64,000 bases of DNA. Source: an uncultured Ruminococcus sp. Its GTDB lineage: Bacteria > Bacillota > Clostridia > Oscillospirales > CAG-272. The stretch covers positions 12,292 through 76,291 of the forward strand of contig CACZNC010000007.1 in the NCBI GenBank assembly GCA_902782445.1, in the 5' to 3' direction. The notes under the pieces were generated by a model, which saw only the letters and a program-made list of their open reading frames with translations, searched no databases and had not been told where the DNA came from. Shown here piece after piece: positions 26,492 through 34,898 of the stretch (within the stretch, counting starts at the first letter, position 1; every line of letters starts with the position of its first letter). A program made the translations under genes and the position numbers.

Positions 26492-27375
26492 TTCTTCCGT
26501 TCCGCAAGCCAGAGGGCGAGGGCGGCGAGGATCCCGGATCCCGGAATATCGGCCACCGCGCGGCAGGCGGTTTCGGTATGGGACCTGACCCGCGCGTCCG
26601 CTTCTTCCAGTTCCATGAACGCGAAGACGGTCTTCTTGTCGTTCTTTTCGTCGCTTCCGACCGCCTTGCCGAGGGTCTCCGTGTCGCTCGTCACGTCGAG
26701 AATGTCGTCCCGGATCTGGAACGCGAGGCCGATGTGGTACGCGTACTCCTCCAGCTTTTCGCGGATGGCAGGATCCGGTTTCCCCGGAGCGGCAAAGAGC
26801 CCGAGAAGGCAGGACGCCCGGAGCAGAGCCGCGGTCTTTCCGGCGTACATATCGGCGAGTTCGTCCAGATTCTTCATTTCGCTCTTCATGTCGATGGCCT
26901 GTCCCCGCACCATCCCCCTCGGTCCGGCTTCCGACGCGAGAACATTCACCGCCGCCGCCGCGGATTCCGGGGAAACGAAGGGATTCGACGCCGCTGCCTC
27001 GAAAGCGTAGGTCAGAAGGGCGTCCCCGGCGAGCAGGGCTTCCGCTTCGCCGAACGCGACATGGCAGGAGGGCTTGCCCCGGCGCAGGGGATCGTTGTCC
27101 ATGCAGGGCAGATCGTCGTGGATCAGGGAGTAGGCGTGCACGCATTCGATGGCGCAGGCAAAGGGCAGAGCCGCCTCCCGGGTCCCTCCGCAGAGCTCGG
27201 CGCAGGTCAGGACGAGGAAGGCCCGGATCCGCTTGCCTCCTCCGAGGGTGGCGTAGCGCATGGCCTCCCCGATCACGGTATCGCCGGTGTGGACGGGGGA
27301 AAGAGCTCCTTCGAGGGCCCGCTCCGTGTCCGCGGCGGCTTCCTTCAGCCGGGCGAGAAGTTCGGTTTCCGTCAT
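26488..27375 (-). CDS. ispA: Polyprenyl (farnesyl/geranylgeranyl) diphosphate synthase
   Basis: First aspartate-rich motif LIHDDLPCMDNDPLRRGKPS and second motif FQIRDDILD. Confidence 0.92.
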   Translation of the reverse strand: MTETELLARLKEAAADTERALEGALSPVHTGDTVIGEAMRYATLGGGKRIRAFLVLTCAELCGGTREAALPFACAIECVHAYSLIHDDLPCMDNDPLRRGKPSCHVAFGEAEALLAGDALLTYAFEAAASNPFVSPESAAAAVNVLASEAGPRGMVRGQAIDMKSEMKNLDELADMYAGKTAALLRASCLLGLFAAPGKPDPAIREKLEEYAYHIGLAFQIRDDILDVTSDTETLGKAVGSDEKNDKKTVFAFMELEEADARVRSHTETACRAVADIPGSGILAALALWLAERKK

Positions 27376-27380
27376 GATCT

Positions 27381-27626
27381 TCAGCCTCCGTTCGCGTTCA
27401 TCGGGGGGAGATCCCCTTCGGTCACGGTGCCGTCCGGGTTCTTCGAAAGCAGCCGGACCTTCTGTTCCGCGCTGTCGAGCCGGGCGTTGCAGAGCTTCAC
27501 CAGTCCCACACCCTCCTCAAAGAGCGCGAGGGATTCGTCCAGCGGCGCGGATCCGGATTCCAGCCGCCTCACGATTTCTTCCAGCCGCGAAAGGGCCGCT
27601 TCAAAACTCAGTTCGTTTGGTTCCAT
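27381..27626 (-). CDS. xseB: Exodeoxyribonuclease VII small subunit
   Basis: 81 aa. LSFEAALSRLEEIVRRLESGSAPLDESLALFEEGVGLVKLCNARL. Confidence 0.92.
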   Translation of the reverse strand: MEPNELSFEAALSRLEEIVRRLESGSAPLDESLALFEEGVGLVKLCNARLDSAEQKVRLLSKNPDGTVTEGDLPPMNANGG

Positions 27627-27631
27627 CCGAT

Positions 27632-28921
27632 TTATTCCTCATGCGGGCCCGCGGGAGCCTGATAACCGGTCTTCCCCGCCGCCCGTTCGTTTTCCTTTTT
27701 GTTTACGGCGTCCACCGTGCAGTCCGCCGTGCCGTCCGCGGTCCGAAACGCGATTCTGTCCCCGGGGGAGACGTCCCCCACCGAGCGCACCAGCCGTCCG
27801 TCTTCCCGGTAGACCGCGCTGTATCCCCGGGAGAGCACCGCCAGCGGATCCATAGCGGAGAGCGTTCCGGCGAGGGTCCCGAGCTTTGCCCTTCCCTCTC
27901 CGATGCGCCCCTCTTCCAGTCTGAGCATCCGCTCCGTGATCCTGTCGAGGGTGATCCTGCGGTCCCCGATCCCCGCCGCCGGATCCGTCAGGACCCTGCG
28001 TCCCGCGAGATCCCGGATCTTCCGGCGCTCCCGGTCGAGCATGGCCGTGAGGACGTCCGCCTCCCGGGTGACGATATGGGCGATCTGTCTTTTCAGCGTC
28101 TCCCCGTCCGGGACCGCGAGTTCTGCGGCGGCGGATGGCGTCGGAGCGCGGCAGTCGGCGGCAAAATCGGTGATGGTGAAATCGGTCTCGTGCCCCACGG
28201 CGGAGACGACCGGGATCTTCGAAGCCGCCACGGCTCTTGCCACCCGCTCGTCGTTGAACGCCCAGAGGTCCTCCATGGATCCTCCCCCCCGCCCGATGAT
28301 GATGACGTCGACGGAATCCGTTTCGTTGAAATAGCGGAGCCCTTCGCAGAGCTGAGCCGGCGCGTCCGGTCCCTGCACGAGGGAGGGCCACAGCCAGAGC
28401 CCGGCGTAGGGGAACCGGCGTTCCGTCACGTTGATCATATCGCGGACCGCCGCTCCGGTGGGGGAGGTGATGATCCCGATGCGGGAGGGGATCTTCGGCA
28501 GGGGCTTTTTCCGCGCCGGATCGAAGAGACCTTCCGCTTCGAGCTTCCGTTTGAGCTGTTCGAAGGCCACGTAGAGGGCGCCCACCCCGTCCGGTTCCAC
28601 GGCGTCCGCCAGAAGCTGGTAGGATCCGCCCCGGACATACGCGGAGATCCGGCCCCGTGCGACGACCTTCATCCCGTCCTCGGGCAGGAATTTCATCCTC
28701 ACCGCGGAAGAACGGAACATCACCGCGGAAAGCTGGCTCCCCTCGTCCTTGAGGGTGAAATACCAGTGGCCCGTGGCGTAGTGATTCTTGAAATTGGAGA
28801 TCTCGCCCCGCACCGTCACCTCGGAGAGCCGGGGTGAGGAATCGAGGAGCCGCTTCACGAACTCGTTGAGCTGCGTGACGGTCAGGGCTCCCGAAAACCG
28901 GGCTTTCGGTTCAGAGTTCAT
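27632..28921 (-). CDS. xseA: Exodeoxyribonuclease VII large subunit
   Basis: ORF 27632..29029(-). Start reset to ATG 28921. OB fold LTVTQLNEFVKRLLDSSPRLSEVTVRGEISNFKNHYATGHWYFTLKD, plus IGIITSPTGAAVRD. Confidence 0.92.
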   Translation of the reverse strand: MNSEPKARFSGALTVTQLNEFVKRLLDSSPRLSEVTVRGEISNFKNHYATGHWYFTLKDEGSQLSAVMFRSSAVRMKFLPEDGMKVVARGRISAYVRGGSYQLLADAVEPDGVGALYVAFEQLKRKLEAEGLFDPARKKPLPKIPSRIGIITSPTGAAVRDMINVTERRFPYAGLWLWPSLVQGPDAPAQLCEGLRYFNETDSVDVIIIGRGGGSMEDLWAFNDERVARAVAASKIPVVSAVGHETDFTITDFAADCRAPTPSAAAELAVPDGETLKRQIAHIVTREADVLTAMLDRERRKIRDLAGRRVLTDPAAGIGDRRITLDRITERMLRLEEGRIGEGRAKLGTLAGTLSAMDPLAVLSRGYSAVYREDGRLVRSVGDVSPGDRIAFRTADGTADCTVDAVNKKENERAAGKTGYQAPAGPHEE

Positions 28922-29897
28922 GCTGCCTCCGGTATCGTTCTGCTGTGAGGAGCGCGATCCCCGCCGCGTTGTCGGAGGAAAACGCCGCATCGGCAAACCG
29001 CCCGAGCGGAGAGAGGATCCGCCGGACATAGACGGAACTCATGACTCCTCCGGCGAAGAGCACGGGCAGATCCCCGTATTCCCGGCGGGCGTTTTCGGCC
29101 ATCGCGGCGAGGGTGCGGGCGAGAAAATCGAGGGTGAAGGCGGAAACGGCTCCCCGGTCCCCACACTCTTCCCACAGCGCGGCGGCACGGTTCTCGAGGC
29201 CGGAGAGACAGCAGCACGCGCCGTCCACCGAGATCCTCGCCTTCGGGATCTTCCCGCCGTAAGCGAGAGCGGCTTCGTCCATAGCCCGGCCTGCGGGGAA
29301 GGAAAATCCCATGCGCACCCCGGTCCGGTCCACCGCCTGTCCGCCGTTGATATCCTTCGATCCGCCGATCCGTTCGACGGAGAAGATCTTCTCTTCGTCC
29401 GGGCGCACGAGCAGAAGATCCGTCGTCCCGCCCGAGACGTGGAACGCGAGAAAAGGCCCGTTCAGCCAGCGGTCAAGAGCAGAACGGAAATCCCCCTCTT
29501 CCGCCGAGACCGATCCGACCGCCGCCATGACGTGCCCCGCCTGATGGGAGAAGCGGTACAGGGGGATCCCCCGGACGTTCGCCGCCATCTCCGCCGCCGC
29601 GGCTCCCGAAAGGAAGCACGGCATGTAGGATTCCTCGGCGTCCCGGGGAACGGAGGAGACTCCCGCGGCGAGAAGCGTCCCGTCTTCGGCGGAGTTCAGC
29701 GCGTCCCCCACCGCGCGGGCGGCTTCAGGCAGATTCTTCACATGGTGAAAGACCGCGTCGCTCTGGCGCAGTCCCCGTTCCCCCTCCTTCACGGGCAGGG
29801 GGAGCTTACAGTTGAGAAAGATCCTGCCGTCCGATCCCGCGAGAGCCGCGGAGGTGGTGTAATTGCTGGTGTCGATCCCGAGAAAGAGCGGCGTCAT
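28911..29897 (-). CDS. TsaD/Kae1-like ASKHA-fold protein (glycoprotease M22 family paralogue), function unassigned
   Basis: ORF 28911..30029(-). Start reset to ATG 29897, an ATGA overlap with the nusB stop codon. Motifs LGIDTSNYTTSAAL, an HxxxH-like SHQAGH, HVSGGTTDLL and FAGGVMSS. Confidence 0.65.
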   Translation of the reverse strand: MTPLFLGIDTSNYTTSAALAGSDGRIFLNCKLPLPVKEGERGLRQSDAVFHHVKNLPEAARAVGDALNSAEDGTLLAAGVSSVPRDAEESYMPCFLSGAAAAEMAANVRGIPLYRFSHQAGHVMAAVGSVSAEEGDFRSALDRWLNGPFLAFHVSGGTTDLLLVRPDEEKIFSVERIGGSKDINGGQAVDRTGVRMGFSFPAGRAMDEAALAYGGKIPKARISVDGACCCLSGLENRAAALWEECGDRGAVSAFTLDFLARTLAAMAENARREYGDLPVLFAGGVMSSVYVRRILSPLGRFADAAFSSDNAAGIALLTAERYRRQHEL

Positions 29898-30319
29898 GCT
29901 TCGATCAGGCCCCTGTCCCGGGCGATCCGGTTGAGGATGCCGTTGACGAAGGAGGGCGCGGAATCCTCGTCGTATTTCTTGATGAGCTCCAGCGCTTCGT
30001 TGATCTCCGCCTTGGCTGGGACTTCGCACACGGTCATTTCATACAGCGCCATGCGGAGGACGGAGCGGGTGGAGGTGGACATGCGCGACAGCTTCCACCG
30101 CACGGCCGCGGCTTCGAGTTCGGCGTCCAGTTCGGGAAGAGCGGCGCAGACCCCGGTGAAGACGTTCTCCACGTACTCCGCGGTGGGCTCCTCCGTGTTT
30201 TCGATATAATCCCTGTAAAAAGCCTCCGGATCCGCTTCCCGGTCGAATTCCTTTGCGAACAGCAGCTTGAAGATCAGCTCCCGGCACTCTCTGCGCGACA
30301 GCTTCTTTTTTTCAGACAT
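29894..30319 (-). CDS. nusB: Transcription antitermination factor NusB
   Basis: 141 aa. RRECRELIFKLLFAKEF...SRMSTSTRSVLRMALYEM...PAKAEINEALELIKKY...FVNGILNRI. Confidence 0.92.
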   Translation of the reverse strand: MSEKKKLSRRECRELIFKLLFAKEFDREADPEAFYRDYIENTEEPTAEYVENVFTGVCAALPELDAELEAAAVRWKLSRMSTSTRSVLRMALYEMTVCEVPAKAEINEALELIKKYDEDSAPSFVNGILNRIARDRGLIEA

Positions 30320-30363
30320 GTCAGACTCCCGTTGATGACTGGCTTATGCGTATATTCTTGTTC

Positions 30364-30392
30364 ATTATACATCATTTATGCGTTCTTGTCAA
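30364..30392 (-). promoter_or_regulatory. Consensus sigma-A promoter (TTGACA-17-TATAAT) for the nusB gene train
   Basis: Reverse complement: TTGACA (30387-30392), 17-nt spacer, TATAAT (30364-30369). About 45 nt upstream of the nusB ATG. Confidence 0.7.
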
Positions 30393-30543
30393 TCCGATGC
30401 GGCGCACTTCGGCGTTTGATTTTCGGCTTTTCCGGGCTTTTTTCGGATCCGGGCATTGTTTACGAATCATTTTCCCCTCTCCGGCGAAAACTTCACGTTT
30501 GTCTGCTAGAATCGGGGCGGAATCAAACCTGGGAGGCGACTTC

Positions 30544-31041
30544 ATGAAAACGCTCCGCGCTGTGAAAACCGTACTCGCCCGCGCTCTCGTCATCGACGCG
30601 GTGTTCCTCAATCTCTTTTATCTGACGGGCACGCTGATCCGGCCGACGCTCTTGCCGGTTCCCTCCGCCGTGGCGTGGATGCTCGTGCAGTCGCTTTTTC
30701 TGAGCGTCTCCTTCTGCTTCCTGTTCTCGGATCTTTTGACGGCTCCGCTCCGGCTGGCTTTACACTTTCTCGCGACCCTCGGGTTCTTCTGGCTGATCTT
30801 CTCCATGCCGGGAGGATATTTCAAAACCGGTGAAAACGCTGCGTCCGGCGGGGTCTCCTTCCTCGTCTATTTCGTCTTCTTCACGCTGGTCTACGCTGTG
30901 GCGGCCTCCGTGACCGTTCTCGTCCGCACGCTGGCGAAATCCGGGGAGAAAGAGGATCCCCCGGCCGAGAAGAAAAAAAGCTCCGGCAAGTCCGGCGGAG
31001 AGTATCGGAATCAGTTTACGGGAGGAGGGGAAAAGCGGTGA
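30544..31041 (+). CDS. Small polytopic membrane protein with Lys/Gly-rich C-terminal tail, unknown family
   Basis: In frame within ORF 30346..31041. ATG 30544 is preceded by GGGAGG. About 4 TM segments. Its stop codon overlaps the GTG start of trmO (GTGA). Confidence 0.55.
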   Translation: MKTLRAVKTVLARALVIDAVFLNLFYLTGTLIRPTLLPVPSAVAWMLVQSLFLSVSFCFLFSDLLTAPLRLALHFLATLGFFWLIFSMPGGYFKTGENAASGGVSFLVYFVFFTLVYAVAASVTVLVRTLAKSGEKEDPPAEKKKSSGKSGGEYRNQFTGGGEKR

Positions 31042-31742
31042 CGGAGCTCTGCGTGATCGCCCGGGTGCGCACGGACTTCCCGACGAAATTCGGGCTCCCG
31101 AGGCAGAGCGGGCTGGTGCCGGAACTGGAGGGCGTCGTGGAGTTCGAGGAGGGATTCCGGGTCCCCGAAGCGGTGCGGGGGCTGGAGGGCTTTTCCCACA
31201 TCTGGCTGCTCTGGGGCTTTTCCGAAGGATTCGCCTCCCGGGAGGAAAATAAGGACGACCGATCCCTCCGCTGGTCGCCGACCGTCCGTCCGCCCCGTCT
31301 CGGAGGGAACGAGAGGATGGGGGTCTTCGCGACGCGCTCCCCGAACCGTCCGAATCCCATCGGGCTCTCGGCAGTGCGGCTTCTGGCGGTGGAGAAGAAT
31401 TCCCCCGTCGGTCCGCGGCTCCGTATCGCGGGGATCGACATGATGGACGGCACCCCCGTCTACGATATCAAGCCCTATCTCCCCCTTGCGGACTGCATCC
31501 CGGAGGCAAAGGGCGGATTCGCGGACCAGGCGGGCGGGGACAGGCTGACGGCTTCGATCCCTCCGGACGCTCCCCTCTCCCCCGAACAGCGGGAAGCCCT
31601 CGCCTCCCTGCTCCGCTCCGATCCCCGCCCCGCCTATCAGCGCGAGGACGGACGGGAATACGGCTTCCCCTTCGCCGGGTACGAGATCCGCTTCACCGTG
31701 AAAGACCTCTGCGCCGTCGTGACGGAGATCCGAAAGATATAA
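31038..31742 (+). CDS. trmO: tRNA (N6-threonylcarbamoyladenosine(37)-N6)-methyltransferase TrmO (YaeB/TsaA family)
   Basis: Motifs RTDFPTKFGLPRQSG, EGFSHIWLLWGF, RSPNRPNPIGLSAVRLLAVE and IAGIDMMDGTPVYDIKPY. Confidence 0.88.
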   Translation: MTELCVIARVRTDFPTKFGLPRQSGLVPELEGVVEFEEGFRVPEAVRGLEGFSHIWLLWGFSEGFASREENKDDRSLRWSPTVRPPRLGGNERMGVFATRSPNRPNPIGLSAVRLLAVEKNSPVGPRLRIAGIDMMDGTPVYDIKPYLPLADCIPEAKGGFADQAGGDRLTASIPPDAPLSPEQREALASLLRSDPRPAYQREDGREYGFPFAGYEIRFTVKDLCAVVTEIRKI

Positions 31743-31747
31743 AAAAA

Positions 31748-31800
31748 CCGTGCGTTCCGCCCTTTTCCGGGTTTCGGGACGCACGGGATTTTCCTTTTTC
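31748..31800. terminator. Bidirectional Rho-independent terminator between convergent trmO and GDPD genes
   Basis: CCGTGCGT...ACGCACGG stem flanked by an A-run (31741-31747) and T-runs (31789-31800). Confidence 0.7.
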
Positions 31801-31806
31801 AGGAGA

Positions 31807-32529
31807 TCATTCGAGGATGTTTGAGGTGATGTAGTCGACGCCCCAGCCGATGAGGTTCTCAGCCTTCTCCGGGTCGTCCACGGTCCAGCAGTTGACCTTG
31901 ATCCCGCGGTCGTGGCAGAGGCGGATCCGTTCTTCGGTCAGGGCTCCCCAGCCGATGTCAAGATCCATCTTCCGCTCGGCCAGCATGTCGGGCAGTTCAT
32001 CCTTCCAGCCGCCGGAGAGGAACTGGACCGTCTGCTCCGGGGCGACCTTCCGCACGAGATCGAGGTTCGCGATGTTGAAGGCGATGAACACGGTGTTTTC
32101 GAGATAGCCGTCAAAGATGCCGACGATTTCCCGGATCTCGTCCTCGGTGAAATTGGATTTGAGCTCGGGCACGCAGACCTTGCCGTATTTCTCGCAGATC
32201 TTGCGGTACTCCGCCGGGGTGCAGAGCCGTACCTCCGCCCGGTCGCTCTTTCCGTCCACGTCTCTGAGGGTGAGGGCGCGCAGGGCTTCGAAGGTGGATT
32301 TTTCGATGACGAGGTCCTCGTCGCAGATCCTGCCGGTGCGGCCGTCGTGGTTGCACATATACTGCCGGTCGATGGTTCTCCAGATATCGGTCTCCACACC
32401 CCAATAGGAGCGGTTCCCGGCTGCGATGAACGCGGCGGCAGTGTTTTCGCATTCCAGCCCGCTCACGCCCCGGTGGGCCACCATCTTCGTTTCTCCGTGA
32501 TCCGCCAGACGGATGGTATCTTTGCGCAT
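31807..32529 (-). CDS. Glycerophosphodiester phosphodiesterase family protein
   Basis: ORF 31807..32580(-). Start reset to ATG 32529 (GGAGGACTTCAA-ATG). Motifs MVAHRGVSGLECENTAAAF, WGVETDIW and KVNCWTVDD. Confidence 0.85.
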   Translation of the reverse strand: MRKDTIRLADHGETKMVAHRGVSGLECENTAAAFIAAGNRSYWGVETDIWRTIDRQYMCNHDGRTGRICDEDLVIEKSTFEALRALTLRDVDGKSDRAEVRLCTPAEYRKICEKYGKVCVPELKSNFTEDEIREIVGIFDGYLENTVFIAFNIANLDLVRKVAPEQTVQFLSGGWKDELPDMLAERKMDLDIGWGALTEERIRLCHDRGIKVNCWTVDDPEKAENLIGWGVDYITSNILE

Positions 32530-32627
32530 TTGAAGTCCTCCATGTCTCCGGGGTCCGTCCCCGTTTTCTTTCCCCTGCATTGTATCACAAACCGGCCCGG
32601 GATTCCACCCTTTCGGCGAAAAAAGTC

Positions 32628-32656
32628 TTGATTTCGCGGGAGAATCCGCTTATAAT
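32628..32656 (+). promoter_or_regulatory. sigma-A type promoter (TTGATT-17-TATAAT) for the glycyl radical enzyme gene
   Basis: TTGATT at 32628-32633, a 17-nt spacer, TATAAT at 32651-32656. About 40 nt upstream of ATG 32698. Confidence 0.65.
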
Positions 32657-32697
32657 AGGATCAGAGTCGATCTTACGTTCAATCGAGAGGATGTGCG

Positions 32698-34815
32698 ATG
32701 GTGAGCATTCCCTGTCCGACGGGGCTCGAACGTCCCGCGCGGCTGAAAGACGGGACGAGGCGGTTCGCCCTCGAGAGCATGAAAGGAAAATACGGCGACG
32801 AGGCCCGCGCTTTTCCCGCCGTTACCCTCGACGGGATCGACGGCTTTGACGCCATGTCCCCGGACGAGAAATACTCCGCGGCGGTCCTCGCGATCGCCCG
32901 GGACTGTCCCCTGCGGTTCGTCGACGGCGAGCTCATCGTCGGATCGGCAACCCTCGGGGCGGCCATCGACCATCAGGTCCCGGCGTTCCGGGGCGGATCG
33001 GCGGTTTTCTCCTCCGTCAGCCACGTGACCCTCGGCTTCGACCGCGTCGTCCGGGAGGGCTTCCGGGCGATGGAAGAAGAACTGGATCTGTACGCGGACC
33101 TGCCCTACACCCGCTTTCTGAAGGACGCGGCGGAAGCGTTTCGTATCTGGCACGGGCGGATGCTCCGGGAATCGGAAACGCTGAATCCGGCCTGCCATGC
33201 CCTTTTGACCCGGGTCCCCTTCGAACCCGCCTCCGGTTTCCATGAAGCGGTGCAGAGCCTGTGGTTTGCCTTCGCCTTCACCCGGCTGACGGGAAACTGG
33301 TCCGGGATCGGGCGGATCGACGAGATCCTCGGGCCGTACCTCGAAAAGGACCTCGCCGACGGACGGATCACGACGGACGAAGCCCGGGAGATCCTCGCCC
33401 ATTTCTTCATCAAGGGCTGCGAATGGATCGTCACGGACACGCCCCGGGGGACCGGTGACGCGCAGCACTATCAGAACATCGTGCTCTCCGGCGTGGACGC
33501 AGACGGACGGGACGTGACGAACGCCGTGACCTGGCTCGTGCTCGACGTGATCGAGGAGCTTGGGATCTCGGATTTTCCGATCACCGTGCGCCTGAACCGG
33601 AACACGGATCCCCGGCTGCTCGAACGGATCGCCGAGGTCGTGCGGTATGGCGGCGGGATCATCGCGGTCTACAACGAGGAATTGATCCTGAACTCCCTCG
33701 TGAAAGCGGGATACGCCCTCTACGACGCGCGGCGGTTCGCCAACGACGGATGCTGGGAGGTGCAGATCCCCGGGGAGACCTATTTCATCTACGGCCCCTT
33801 CGACGGCTATTCCCTGCTCATGCGGGACGTGCTGGGCCTGCCGGACGCCCCGAAGCATTTCGATTCCTACAATGATCTCTGGAACGCATACGCAAAGAGA
33901 CTGCGGGACTACGCCGACGAAGCGTACCGAACCGTCTCGGGCTGGAGAGGATACCGGGACGAAAACGGGGACTGGGTCTGGAACAACGACGGTCCTCCCT
34001 GCGCCGTGGTCTCCCTCTTCACGAAGGACTGCGCGAAAAACGGACGCTCCTATTATCAGGGCGGGCCGCGCTACACCGTCTTCTCCCCCCACATCGGCGG
34101 CGCGCCGGACGCGGGAAACAGCCTCCATGCCATCGACCGGCTCTGCTTCCGGGATAAGCTCGTCTCCTTCGACGACCTCATGAAGATCCTCGGGAACGAC
34201 TGGGAAGGCGCGGAACCCCTCAGACAGTACGCCAAGGAGCGGATCCCCTACTACGGAAACGACGACGACGAGGCGGACGCTTATGTGACAAAGATCCTCG
34301 ACGTCTTCGCGGACGCGGTCCTCGCCCACCTGCACGAAAATCCCTTCCTCTTCATCCCCGGCGTCTCGACCTTCGGGCGGCAGATCGAATGGTCCTGCAG
34401 CCGCGCCGCCTCCCCGATGGGTACGAAAAAGGCCGCCGTCCTCTCGGGCAATGCTTCCCCCACTCCGGGGACCGACACGGAAGGCGCGACGGCCGTGGTG
34501 AAGTCCTACTGCAAGGCGGATCTCTCGAAGCAGATCTCCGGGGCGGCTCTGGACGTGCGGCTCCATCCCTCCTCGGTCTCGGGGGAAAACGGACTGGCCG
34601 CGCTCGTCGGGCTTTACAGAACCTTCGTCATGCTCGGCGGATTCTTCATGCAGACAGACGTGATCGACGCCTCGGTGCTGGAAGCCGCCCGGGAGCACCC
34701 CGAGGAATACAAGACCCTCTCGGTCCGGGTGTCCGGCTGGAACGCGCGCTTCGTCACCCTCAACCGGGAGTGGCAGGACATGATCATCGAGCGCACCTCC
34801 GGCGGAACAATGTGA
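32698..34815 (+). CDS. Glycyl radical enzyme (PFL-like fold, eliminase/dehydratase-type single-Cys loop), compact 705-aa form, substrate unknown
   Basis: The C-terminal TLSVRVSGWNARFVTLNREWQDMIIERT closely resembles the PFL glycyl radical signature RVSGYAVRF...QQDVITRT (Gly680, nt 34735-34737). A thiyl loop NDGCWEVQ (GCxE; Cys352, nt 33751-33753) lies about 330 aa upstream, as in CutC/GDH-type enzymes. RBS GAGAGGA. Confidence 0.85.
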   Translation: MVSIPCPTGLERPARLKDGTRRFALESMKGKYGDEARAFPAVTLDGIDGFDAMSPDEKYSAAVLAIARDCPLRFVDGELIVGSATLGAAIDHQVPAFRGGSAVFSSVSHVTLGFDRVVREGFRAMEEELDLYADLPYTRFLKDAAEAFRIWHGRMLRESETLNPACHALLTRVPFEPASGFHEAVQSLWFAFAFTRLTGNWSGIGRIDEILGPYLEKDLADGRITTDEAREILAHFFIKGCEWIVTDTPRGTGDAQHYQNIVLSGVDADGRDVTNAVTWLVLDVIEELGISDFPITVRLNRNTDPRLLERIAEVVRYGGGIIAVYNEELILNSLVKAGYALYDARRFANDGCWEVQIPGETYFIYGPFDGYSLLMRDVLGLPDAPKHFDSYNDLWNAYAKRLRDYADEAYRTVSGWRGYRDENGDWVWNNDGPPCAVVSLFTKDCAKNGRSYYQGGPRYTVFSPHIGGAPDAGNSLHAIDRLCFRDKLVSFDDLMKILGNDWEGAEPLRQYAKERIPYYGNDDDEADAYVTKILDVFADAVLAHLHENPFLFIPGVSTFGRQIEWSCSRAASPMGTKKAAVLSGNASPTPGTDTEGATAVVKSYCKADLSKQISGAALDVRLHPSSVSGENGLAALVGLYRTFVMLGGFFMQTDVIDASVLEAAREHPEEYKTLSVRVSGWNARFVTLNREWQDMIIERTSGGTM

Positions 34816-34831
34816 TCCCTTAGACGTAAAA

Positions 34832-34891
34832 ATCCCCCGCAGTCCTGCGCCGACTTCCGAGCCGGTGGGGATCCGCGGGGGATCTGTTTTT
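34832..34891. terminator. Bidirectional terminator candidate between the convergent GRE and membrane-protein genes
   Basis: ATCCCCCGC...GCGGGGGAT 9-bp stem with a long loop, flanked by an A-run upstream and TTTTT downstream. Confidence 0.45.
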
Positions 34892-34898
34892 CGGGGGA

